Shown: in pieces, positions 52,616 to 64,000 of the stretch
Layout: each line of letters starts with the position of its first letter
Position numbering within the stretch: position 1 is the stretch's first letter
Assembly (NCBI RefSeq): GCF_004010195.1
Contig: NC_057719.1
Location: forward strand, 70,606,692 to 70,670,691
Length of the DNA stretch: 64,000 bases
Source of the DNA: Chiloscyllium plagiosum
Taxonomy: Eukaryota
Direction: 5' to 3'
The notes under the pieces: generated by a model
The model's database searches: none
What the model was told of the DNA's origin: nothing
Seen by the model: only the letters and a program-made list of their open reading frames with translations
Program-made: the position numbers and the translations under genes

Positions 52616-55600
52616 ATAGCACATAGAACATTACAGCACAGTACAGGCCCTTCGGCCCTCGAAGTTGCACCGACATGTCATATCAATCTGAAGCCCATCT
52701 AACCTATACTATTCCATGTACGTCCATATGCTTGTCCAATGACGACTTAAATGTACTTAAAAGTTGGTGAATCTACTACCGTTGCAGGCAAAGCATTCCA
52801 TACCATTACTGCTCTCTGAGTAAAGAAACTACCTCTGACATCTGTCCTATATCTATCACCCCTCAATTTAAAGCTATGCCCCCTCATGCTCGCTGTTACC
52901 ATACTTGGAAAAAGGCTCTCCCTGTCCACCCTATCTAACCCTCTGATTATCTAATATGTCTCTATTAAGTCACCTCTCAACCTTCTTCTCTCTAATGAAA
53001 ACTGCCTCAAGTCCCTCAGCCTTTCTTAGTAAGACCTTCCCTCCATAGCAGGCAACATCCCAGTAAATCTCCTCTGCACCCTTTCCAAAGCTTCCACATC
53101 CTTCTTATAATGCGGTGACCAGAACTGTACACAATACTCCAAGTGTAGCCGGACCAGAGTTTTGAACAGCTGCAGCATAACCTCTATTAATCCCTCTATT
53201 AATAAAAGCTAAAACACGGTATGCCTTCTTAACAACCCTGCCAACCTGGGTGGCAACTTTCAAGTAACTGTGTACTTGGACACCGAGATCTCTGCTCATC
53301 TACACTACCAAGAATCCTACCATTAGCCCAGTACTTTGCATTCCGGTTACTCTAACCAAAGTGAATCACCTCACACTTGTCCGTATTTAAACTCCATTTG
53401 CCACCTCTCAGCCCAGCTCTACCAACAACTGAAATAAGGCTCACTTGTCTATAATTACTTGGGTTGTCTCTACTCCCCTTCTTGAACAGGGGAACCACAT
53501 TTGCTATCCTCCAGTCTTCTGGCACTATTCCTGTAGACAATGACGATTTAAAGATCAATGCCAAAGGCTCGGTAACCTCCTCCCTGGTTTCCCAGAGGAT
53601 CCTAGGATAAATCCCATTTGGCCCAGGGGACTTACCTATTTTCACACTCTGCAGGATTTCTAATACCTCTTCCTTGTGAACCTCAATCCCACCCAGTCTA
53701 GTAGCCTGTATCTCAGTAATCTCCTCGACAACATTGTCAGCTCTCTCTTTAGGTCTTTCCTGGCTACCTTGTAACCCTCAAGCGCCCTAACTGAGCCTTC
53801 ACATCACATCCTAACATAAGTCTTCTTCTTCCTCTTGACCAGAGCTTCCACTTCCTTTGTAAACCAAGGCTCATGTGCTCTACAACTTCCTCCCTGCCTG
53901 ACAGGTACATACATATCTAGGACACACAGGAGCTTTTCCTTGAATAAGCTCCACATTTCTAATGTGCCCATCCCCTGCAGTTTCCTTCCCCATCCTATGC
54001 TTCCTAAATCTTGCCTAATTGCATCGTAATTGCCTTTCCCCCAGCTGTAACTCTTGCCCAATGCTATACACCTATCCCTTTCTATCACTAAAGTAAACAT
54101 AACAGAATTGTGATCGCTATCACCAAAGTGGTCACCTACTTCCAAGTCTAACACCTGGACGGGGTTATTACCCAGTACCAAATCTAATGTGGCTTTGCCC
54201 CTTGTTGGCCTGTCTACATACTGTGTCAGGAAGTTCGCCTGCACACACTGGACAAAAACTGACCCATCTATAGTACTCGTACTATAGTGTTCCCAGTCAA
54301 TATTTGGAAAGTTGAAGTCCCTCATGACAACTACCCTGCCTCTCTCACTCCTATCGAGAATCATCTTTGCTATCCTTTCCTCTATATCTCTGGAACTATT
54401 TGGAGGCGTATAGAAAACTCCCAACAGGGTGACCTCTCCTTTCCTGTTTCTAGCTTCAGCGCATACTACCTCAGTTGACAAGTCCCCAAACTTCCTTTCT
54501 GTAACTGTAATACTGTCCTTGACCAACAATGCCACACCTCCCCCTCTTTTACCATCTTCTCTCTTCTTACTGAAACATCAAATCTTGGAACCTGCAACAA
54601 CCATTCCTGTCCCTGCTCTATCCATGTCTCCGAAATGGCCACAACATCGAAGTCCCAGGTACCAACCCCAACCCCTGCTGCGAGTTCACCCACCTTATTC
54701 CGGATGCTCCTGGAGTTGAAGTAGACACACTTCTTGCTCGCCGCTGCCACCTTGCATCCCTGAAACTAAATTTCGGACCTCCCTACTCTCAACCTTTTCT
54801 ATACTCGAACTACAATTTTGGTTCCCATCCCCCTGCTGGATTAGTTTAAACCCACCCCAATAGCCTTAGCGAACATCCTCCCCAGGATATTGCTACCCCT
54901 CTGGTTCAGATGAAGACCATCCTGCTTGTAGAGATCCCACCTACCCCAGAAAGAGCCCCAATTATCCAAGAATTATCCTGCACCATCCCCGTAGCCACGT
55001 GTTCAACTCCTCTCTCTCCCTATTCCTCGCCTCACTAGCACGTGGCACAGGCAACAAACCAGAGACAATAACTCTCTTTGTCCTAGCCTTAAGCTTCCAT
55101 CCTAGCTCCCTGAATTTCTGCCTTAAATCCCCATCTCTCTTCCTACCTATGTCGTTGGTGCCTATGTGGACCACGACTTGGGGCTGCTCCCCCTCCCTCT
55201 TAAGGATCCCAGAAGCACAATCAGAGACATCACAAACCCTGGCACCTGGGAGGTAACACACCAACCATGAGTCTCTCTCGTCCCCACAGAACCTCCTATC
55301 TGTCCCCCTAACTATGGAGTCCCCAATGACTACTGCTCTGCTCCTCTTCCCCCTTCTCTCTGAGCAGCAGGGACAGATTCTGTGCCAGAGCCCTGTGCCC
55401 CACTGCTTTCTCCTGGTAAGTCATCCCCCTAACAGTATCCAAAACGGTACATTTATTGTTGAGGGGAATGGCCACAGGGGATCCCTGCAATGCCTGCTGG
55501 TTCCCTTTCCGTCCCCTGACTGTAACCCATCTGCCTTTTTCTTGTACCTGAGGAGTGACTACCTCCCTGTAACTCCTCTCAATAACCCCCTATGCCTCCC

Positions 55601-56010
55601 GAATGATCCGAAGTTTACCTAGCTCTAGCTCCAGTTCCCTAACGCAGTTTTCGAGGAGCTGGAGTTGGGTGCACTTCCCGCAGATGTCATCAGCAGGGAC
55701 ACTAGTGGTGACCCTTACCTCCCACATTCTGCAGGAGGAACATTCAACTGCCCTGACCTCCACTCCCACTATTCTAAATTCCCAAAGAGGCTGTTGAAAA
55801 ATAAGGAATAAAAAATAAACTCGTGACCTTGCCAATCTGGTGCACAGAACCTTTTTTTTGGTTAAAGGAAGAGGAGGAGGATGGGTGGGAGACACTACCC
55901 GATAGTGTTTCGGGTAACGCAACCACACAAATATATGACTTCCCAGAAGTCCTTCGCTCCTCCCTCGCACCTCTCGGCAAATGCAATTTCGCATGGACAA
56001 AACTACACTA
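52616..56010 (-). mobile_element. CR1 LINE retaining its 5' region, ORF1 (Cys-rich motif plus SGNH esterase) and an internally deleted ORF2
   Basis: ECSSCRMWEV...CGKCTQLQLL, VCYLPGARV.DV...VVVHIGTNDI and APE ORF 53804-54535. Most of RT is missing near 53415. Inverted tail at 52616. Confidence 0.92.
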
Positions 56011-57989
56011 GCTCTCTAAGCATTTTACCTCCTCCCATTGATCATATTGAATGGTGGAACAGGTTCAAAGGGCTGAATAGCCTAATACTGTTCCTATTTC
56101 CTATCTTTCTATTAGTTCCTAGTGTATTGTTCATATCCTTCTCTCAAAAGTTGCTGACCACTTTATTCATACCAACACCTTTCCACACAGAGACCAGGGA
56201 TATTTTAGGGTGAGGAGCAATGGGTCAGCCTAACCCAGTGCGCTATATATGACTTATTCATCTTGTGTCCACATGTTACAGCTGAATTTCAACATGGATA
56301 TCGACCCATGGTACATTCTGTATGGACATGGAGTTAGGCACAGTTACATTGTGGGCCACAGGATGAGAGGCAGGAGGTTTGGTTCAGAAATTGGAATATT
56401 AAGTACAAAGATGGAAGAAGTAGTTCAAAATTATCCTTAAAATAGTTTTACAGCAGCTATCTTACAAAGGTGGGGGTTAGGAAAAATACATTTATTTGTC
56501 CGATTCAAACTGATAGGGCATGAAAATATGTGAATGTATACAAATAACAGGGTAAAGAGTGGCACTTATCCTGGTGGCATGGAGTAGCCCTTCTTGTGCC
56601 ATTGCTGGCTGTTCCTGCACACTGTTGACACTGCACCGACGCAGGTGGCAACTTCAGAGTGGGCTGCCAGGGTCTGGCATCGTGACCTTTTCCACCAATT
56701 CTCTGGGAAGAGTCTGGCCCCCTTCTTCCAGTACCTCAGACCTTCAGATCTCTGTTGAAAACTCTGGTTTCCTTGTTGAGCTTTCCCAATTTTGAACTCG
56801 TTCCATATGATGGGAGGCTGAGTATGAATGAGGCGAGCTGTCACATTAACAAAGTGTTTAACAAACATTTATCTCCATCAACTGGTACCTCACTGCTGTC
56901 TAGCAAGAATCTTGCCATGTCACTTGAGAAAAACCTAGAAGATGGAGTGAGATGATCTCAACATCAAGGTGGGTCTCATGCCAATTCTCTCCTGAATCTA
57001 CCATATATTGCACATAGCCACATTGCTCAGACCCCTAGTGTTTCCAGATTAAGTATAGACAATTTCTAAAAAAAAAGGTTATTTGTACTGATTGGTTGTG
57101 ATAACTTTCTCTGTCGATGTATCATCAATTCTCATCACTTTACCATTGTCCGCTACAAAGACAAAATGTAATATGCTGTAACTACAAAATAAAATGCGTA
57201 GGTGGGCTTTGAGCATGTTTTAAACATGATGCCTCAGTCAGTAAGGACATTCGGCCAGAGATAATACTTTAATAACCGTGTTATAACGTTTCATCCCAAA
57301 GGAAATGGCAACACCAACTAAAAGACAAGCATCAGCTGATAGTGCCCTCATTTTTGGCAGTTTGGCTGCCAATCTCAGAGCAACATGTCAACTGCTGCAT
57401 GTGATTAGCGCTGGACCCCATCTCAGTGCCATTGTTAACACACATGCAGAAGCTGACCATGACGTCACTCACTCTACAGTCTTGATTTGACACCGGTCGT
57501 GCAATGCTGGAGTTGAGGGCTAAAGCTAACATCCTCATTTGCCTGGCTGACAATATGTTCAGGAGCATAGCGAATCCCCCGACCGTTGCCAGTAAATTGT
57601 ATTTTTGGCAGATTGTTGCTACATACTATGTGTGTTTGCATGTTTGTTTTGAGTTGAATAAATATACAGCATGAAAAGTGGTGAAGAATGTTTCAAGTCT
57701 TCTGACAAACCAGTCATTTCAAGATAGAGTGCAGTAATGGGTATTCCCCTTGGCTTGCTGCCTGACTAGGGGAATAAGCAGCTAAAGCACAGCATGGTTT
57801 GATGCTGGTTGCCTTCAGCAATCAGGTTAATCAGTAGCCAGCACAATCCAACAAAAACAACATTCAAAGTTTAATGCTGTTTTTCCAACGAAATAATTTT
57901 GTATTTCTAACTACACCTGCTGTTCCAAAGCAGCCAAAATAAAAGTGAGTGACAATGGGGGCTGAACTGAACAGACCCCAAAAATAGGT

Positions 57990-58589
57990 TTATGATTCTG
58001 TGTTCCCTGTTAAATTATGGAGCGAATGTACAGCATAGGTAGATTAGATTAGATTACCCACAGTATGGAAACAGGCCCTTTGGCCCAACAAGTCCACACC
58101 GACCTTCCAAAGAGTAACCCACCCAAACCCAAAAATAGGTTTTGGGGTGACAATGCATGATGGTAAATGCCTGTGGTTTGAAATACAGGCAGAGTGCCAT
58201 GTGCTGAATAGTTTGATTGGGCGGCACAGTGGCTCAGTGGTTAGCACTATTGTCTCACAGCACCAGGGTCCCAGGTTCGATTCCAGCCTTGGGCGACTGT
58301 CTGTGTGGAGTTTGCACCATCCTCCCTGTGTCTGTGTGGGTTTCCTCTGGGTGCTCCGGTTTCCTCCCATGGTCCAAAGATGTGCAGGTCAGGTGAATTG
58401 GCCACGCTAAATTGTCCATAGTGTTAGGTGAATTAGTCAGACGGGAATGGGTTTGGGTGGGTTACTCTTTGGAAGGTCGGTGTGGACTTGTTGGGCCAAA
58501 GGGCCTGTTTCCATACTGTGGGTAATCTAATCTAATCTACCTATGCTGTACATTCGCTTCATAATTTAACAGGGAACACAGAATCATAA
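57990..58589. repeat. 142-bp inverted duplication (57990-58131 / 58448-58589)
   Basis: Arms are reverse complements with one mismatch. The left copy sits between 15-bp direct repeats. Confidence 0.95.
58219..58539 (+). mobile_element. tRNA-derived SINE (HE1-like)
   Basis: ggcggcacagtggctcagtggttagc...ggttcgattcc head and (taatc)n tail. Confidence 0.92.
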
Positions 58590-58594
58590 TAAAA

Positions 58595-58760
58595 TGAGAG
58601 AGTGGGTTCTTCAAGATTTCCAGACATGGCAATAAAGGCATTGGTGGTGGAAATGGGAAAGCGGCCAGATGTTCTGTCAGGGAAAGGGATCAAAAGATCC
58701 TCCTGATGCACAGGATGGAATCTTAAAGATGCCTGAATGGTATAGACTAATAGGAGAAAT
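58595..58760 (+). mobile_element. Harbinger-type Myb/SANT-like gene remnant
   Basis: Translates SSRFPDMAIKALVVEMGKRPDVL, resembling the RFS..LE.LV.EV..RR.VL start of Harbinger Myb/SANT proteins. Confidence 0.45.
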
Positions 58761-60785
58761 CTGGGAGAGTTGCTTGAAAACCCAGTGAGATCTTTCTCAA
58801 TGTCGGGAGCAACTTGTTGCATGTTGAAACAGATTTCTGGACATTGGGATGAGATTTGCACTAGGGATCAGAGACAGGCCTACTAATGGGGTTATTGCTT
58901 GTTGTCAGTCTTATCGACTGGAAATGTCACCTGGTTAATATGCAACATCCTACCCTACCACCAAGTATAAGCTGGACATTGACAATTCCCAATGTGAAAG
59001 TCAGAGCAGGTACCAGGCAACGTCAGCTCACTGCTTGCTCATCTGGGCTGACATGTTGGACACTCAACAATAACTCAGAGCATGGTCCAGGGCAGTAGCT
59101 GCACACACCCTATATCCGTGGACACTGGCATCTAATACCTGACAGCCTCTCAGGACCCTGATGGCACCTCTTCACCTATACTTACAGTACAGCTCTGGAC
59201 CTTAAAGCTGCACTTCAGCATGCTTCTGGAAGAACTCACCACTGCCAGAAAATGCCAAAACAGTTTTCAACATGATTCTGATACACAATTCCAAGTTGGG
59301 CTAATCCACAACTGCCTGACTATTGGAATTGCTGGACCATTATTTCAATGTTTTCAGTTTCCAATCCATCTATTGTTTCTAATGTACAACTTACTAGACA
59401 ATCTTAGTCAAAGTTTAAATAAGGTTTGCATGAAGTCAAAACAGATATTCCCTATTGCATGTAAAGGCATCTTGGCACTGAATCAGAACATTACACTTAT
59501 AAGATGCTTTTGTAAGTGTACTGCAGCCATCTCTGTTGAGGCTGTCCTTTTCATTTGGGATGACCCCCAGGGACAAGAATGTATAACTTCTCCTGGACAG
59601 CCTTCAAAAAGAGAATTTCTAAAGATGAATTGCTAAAATGCATTCAATTAAAACAGAAATTTCTGCTGCATTCTCTAAGTCCAATGATTGAAGAATTGAT
59701 TTTAGTTTCTAGGAAATTTCAAAATGCATAAAATTTGGGAGATAAAGAGAATCCAGATTCTATTTGTAAACTAGAACTCCGACTGAGATGAGTATTCTTG
59801 TGATCCCTTGAGCCCCGGGAATTGGACAAAAGTTTCCAATTAAGTAATTAATCCAAGTCAGTAATTAGACCCACGTGGTGAAAATACCAGTGGAATGTGA
59901 AATACTTGTAATTTGCACTATGGCACATGGCCAAGTCATAACTGAAATGTTTATCGAACCATAACAGTAACTCCACAATCTCTTCAATAGTTTTCCCACC
60001 ACCTTTAGAATATTTTTCAAAGTAGAATGATTTGCCATGCAATTAAGCCTGAAAATCTTGTGCACCTGGGCTTGGCTTAAGTAAAATTATTTCTGTATGA
60101 TGTTGATTGCAAATATCAGGAAGAATTAAGGACAATGTGTAGAATCCTTCTCATTTTTTTTTGTTTAAGAGATGAGAGCATATCTGGATAATCCAGCATT
60201 TATTACCCATCCCTAATTGTCCAGACAGCAGTTAATTGCTGTGGATCTGGAGTCACATGTGGGCCAGCCCAGCTAAGGATAGCAGATTTCCTTCCCTAAA
60301 GAACATTAGTGAACCAGATGGGTTTTTACAACAATTGACAATGTTTACATAGCTGTCCTTAGGTTAGCTTTTTATTCCAGATTCTGATCAAATTAAAGTT
60401 TTCCCTATCTGCCACAGCAGGTTTTCTACCTGGGTCCCTGAGCATGTGGTTCTAGATCACTAGTCCAGTGACACCAGCACTTTGCCACATGATGAGGAGC
60501 CATGTTCAAAAACTGTTCTTTTTTTCATGTGTTACCCAAATCTGCAACCAGAACTTTAATCTCCCTTGGTAAATTTCCTACTACACTGAACCAGTTCTGC
60601 AAGTCAATAGTTTGCATTTTGAAGGAAAATTATCTGATGCTGTGATGCGCATCTCACATTGGATCAATTCAGCAACTGCCATCATATTTATTGGGCAGAA
60701 TTTTCCCACCCTTCCCAACGCTTTTAGCAGAGGGGACTATGGAACTTAATTGACTGTGAAGAAAAGATAAACTTCCTGACAAGGG

Positions 60786-61019
60786 GATAAAGTTTTGCTG
60801 TTAAGTTTAAAGAGGTTTTCAGGTGAGTCCACCTTCCTGACGCTCACAGGTGAGAACTTGTTTTTTTTATAGATATTTTTATTAGAAATTTAACATTTTT
60901 ACAAGTTTACAAAAATAAACAAAACTCTCAGATATAAACAGATAAAGTTTTGCTGTTAAGTTTAAAGAGGTTTTCAGGTGAGTCCACTTTCCTGACGTTC
61001 ACAGGTGAGAACTTGTTTT
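60786..61019 (-). mobile_element. 76-bp polyadenylated retro-fragment between 79-bp direct repeats
   Basis: Repeats at 60786-60864 and 60941-61019 differ at 2 positions. The insert reads ...ttctAATAAAaatatctatAAAAAAAA on the minus strand. Confidence 0.75.
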
Positions 61020-61789
61020 GCATGAATTAATATTCGAGAACTTTAACATTCCTATCCAGAAGAATTGAGTTCACAGGTGCAATCTGAGAAAAATCAGGAT
61101 AGACGTGTGTTCACACACACTAAGAGGCATGAACCTGACAGGTAGACTTCTTCCTCTGAGCTCCAGTGAGTGTTCATATCTTCAGATACTTGACCCTTTC
61201 ATAACCTTATTTGTACAAATGTTTCCCGTGGTAGGAGTGAAGCTTCTCCATGTTAATCAGCTCAAGTGAAGTCTCACCATCTGCAGCATGTCTTCTTGTT
61301 ATTAAATGTTTGCATTGTCAGGGTTGAAGACAGGGCCAGCAAGCCTGCTCAAGCAAGGCAGTCACTGACTGATGCTGGTAAATCTGACTGGGACAGCCAG
61401 TGGAGCTGACTTGAGAAGCACTGTCTACTCAAAAGGTCATCTTTATGGTTGTGTTCGTGTCCCATGCTATCTTTTGGTGAGAAACTATAAGAAGTGTACT
61501 TTTTCGTAGTTGTAATGAGAGGTCAGAGACCTAACAGTGCATGAGTTGCTGAGTGTTGTTGCTCCTTTGATGTTCTGTGTGATAATTCTGGAAGATGGGT
61601 GCGAGCAGTATCACTGTGGTACCAGTAATGTTAAGTTGGTAGCCGCAATAAGTGACCATGCTTGCACATGAGGTACCTGAAGAAGCTGCTGGGCATGCAA
61701 CCGCTTATCAGACTATCCTCTGCATTGGCACCCTTTCAATGCTAACTGTCACTTGTCGGGTTATGAGGCAACCTTATACACAATGCTAC

Positions 61790-61995
61790 CTATCCTAGAC
61801 GAATGCAAAAGATCATTCATCTTCTTGTGGCACTGGAGTCAGGTTATCTGGTGCAACCCACAGATATTGACCTCTGCAGCCATCTCTGTTGAGGCTGTCC
61901 TTTTCATTTGGGATGACCCCCAGGGACAAGAATGTATAACTTCTCCTGGACAGCCTTCAAAAAGAGAATTTGTAAGGATGAATTATTAAAATACA
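61790..61995 (-). mobile_element. Harbinger-type Myb/SANT-like gene remnant; 122 bp of it is duplicated at 59521-59642
   Basis: Translates LKAVQEKLYILVP...EMAAEVN.....T*LQCHKKMNDL (cf. RT..QCRK..NDL). Confidence 0.5.
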
Positions 61996-63289
61996 GTGTT
62001 ATTGTTTTGCTTGGTCTCTGATATCTTCAGGGGCACATAAAGGTCATGGGCAGAGACTGATTGCTGCTCCTGCGTTACAGCGAGTGAAATGCTATCCAGA
62101 GAAATTCCTGCTCATAGAATTTGGTGTTTTACTCACACATGCATATGTAATAAGCTCAGAATGATATAATCATGCAAAAAACTCAGACCCCTCTCCCTGG
62201 CCCCGCCACAATCTGAAAGTCCCTCCAGTTTTTATGCCCCTCTCCACAGTTAGAAAGAAAGTTCTGCCCATACCTTTGACACGTTCACAGCAGTAGATCT
62301 TGTTTTGATTCAAGAATTGTCTATATTTGATGTTCTAGCCTTTCTCCCTGTCCTGCATAGTTATTGTATTCAAACAGCGAGCTCAAAGTGTATGGCACTC
62401 GCCTGGTCTCACATCATCAATAGTTCCACTCCAGCCATTTGCATGGCCTCAGGTTCAGAGGAAATTTTAAACAATTTATTTTGGGCAAGTGGTCTTCACA
62501 GGATGGGTCAGTGTTTATTGACCATCCTTACTTGTCCTTGAGAAGGTGGCTGTGAATGGCTGCAGTTCATTTAGAGTAGGTAAGCTTACAATGCTATTAG
62601 GCTTGCAGGTCTGTGCTTGATCTCAAATGCCAAGATCTTCTCAATGCTGATGGATCTTAATGGGGAAGGTGTTAGACGTCCAAGAAGAAAATATTGGTTT
62701 CTTCTCTCACCCTATCACAATGGTTTTGTTTGAAGTGTTGAACATATTCATAAAGATACAGATACATAAAGACATCACAAGTTCATGGGTCATGTTGGAT
62801 CGATAACAGAAGCTTTTCCTGCTGGTAAATCTGAGTGAATATTTGAGTGAGACTTGAAACCAAGGAGCTATGCCTTCCAGCAGAGTTATAGCTCCCAATA
62901 AGGCTTCACTTTTTGCAAGCAGCTGTTTTAGACACAAATCCAAGCTGTAAAAGACCATAATCAGTCTGCTGTGAATCATTGCATGAATTTGTCTGATTTG
63001 TCCTTTGCCCTGTGGTACAGCATTTCTGAAAGGCATCCAGTTTTATATAAAATTGTCAATTATATCCAAAAGTGTGATAAAAATCTGGTCTTGCCCAGAA
63101 ATTGCTGCTGATGATTTTTGTGTGCTTTGCAGACCAGATTCAGTGGAGTTGTGCCAAAGTAGGTTATCTGAGGTATAACAGCTGCAAGACAGATGGGTTG
63201 ACTTCTTTTTCATCCTATCATTAACTTTCTCCTTTCCCAAAATACTACAACAGCAAGCCCATATCCAGCAATTTCTGTTTAAGTAACAG

Positions 63290-63530
63290 ATTTAAAAGAC
63301 CTAATCATCTACATCCCAAAGTACTGAAGGAAATGACACCAGAAATAGTGGATGCACTAGTGATCACCTTTCAAGATTCTTCAGAAGTTCTTTAGAACGA
63401 GGAATTATAGACCAGTTAATCTGTCATTGGCAGTGAGGAAACTGCTTGAGACTATTATAAAAGATACAGTAAGACAGCACTTGGAACACAGTGTCTGATC
63501 AAACAGAGTCAGCATGGATTTCCAAAAGGA
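63290..63530 (+). mobile_element. Degenerate CR1 RT fragment
   Basis: HPKVLKE..PEIVDAL, NYRPV and SQHGF.KG. Confidence 0.7.
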
Positions 63531-63780
63531 AGTTGAAACTTTATTGCTGGAACAGCACAGCAGGTCAGGCAGCATCCAGGGAACAGGAGATTCGATGTTT
63601 CGGGCACAGGCCCTTCTTCAGGAATGAGCAGAGAGTGTTCAGCAGGAGAAGATAAAAGGTAGGGAGGAGGGACTTGGAGGAGGGGCGTTGGAAATGTGAT
63701 AGGTGGAAAGAGGTCAAGGTGAGGGTGATAGGTCGGAGTAGGGTGGAGGCGGAGAGGGCAAGAAGAAGACTGCAGGCTTT
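63531..63780 (-). mobile_element. PLE 3' terminal repeat with hammerhead-like core
   Basis: Minus strand reads cCTGAAGAagggcctgtgcccGAAAcatc (63598-63621). Further PLE sequence (GTFPCNRRRCN) follows the gap at 63966-64000. Confidence 0.8.
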
Positions 63781-64000
63781 GGAGAGTCAGGAGAAGAGTC
63801 ACTCATTGCAGGATTTCCAACATCTGACTTGGTCTTGTATCCATGTATTTATGTGACTAGCCCATTTCAGTTTCTGTTCAATGGTAACCTCCAGGTTATC
63901 AGTCAATACTGAGGAATTCAGTTCTGCTAATGGCATTGANNNNNNNNNNNNNNNNNNNNNNNNNNGTGTTGCACCTCCTGCGGTTGCAAGGGAAGGTGCC

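Noticed and set aside
62640..63240. Possible P/THAP-type transposase remnant on the minus strand
   Set aside because: Only vague resemblance, with no catalytic motif identifiable.

Overview
Eukaryotic, repeat-dense DNA with two assembly gaps (10524-11120, 63940-63965). The tRNA-derived SINEs and CR1-clade LINEs resemble the HE1 SINE / HER1 LINE pair of elasmobranchs, so this is probably a shark genome (inference). I found no convincing host protein-coding exon; the window looks intronic or intergenic. The main feature is a 5.4-kb defective class I (gamma/epsilon-like) endogenous retrovirus at 12081-17469. It has paired TG...CA LTRs, a tRNA-His primer binding site, a deletion of gag and protease, a degenerate pol (RT, RNase H, integrase), a degenerate gamma-type env and a PPT. 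The window also holds several Penelope-like element (PLE) pieces with minimal hammerhead-ribozyme cores, two of them arranged as inverted terminal arms. Other repeats include many CR1 LINE fragments, a Tx1-like LINE, Gypsy and Harbinger remnants, and a 21-bp minisatellite. Four local duplications stand out: a 142-bp inverted templated insertion at a hairpin, a poly(A) retro-fragment inside a 79-bp duplication, a 625-bp tandem duplication and a 122-bp dispersed duplication. All family assignments come from motif recognition by eye, not database searches.
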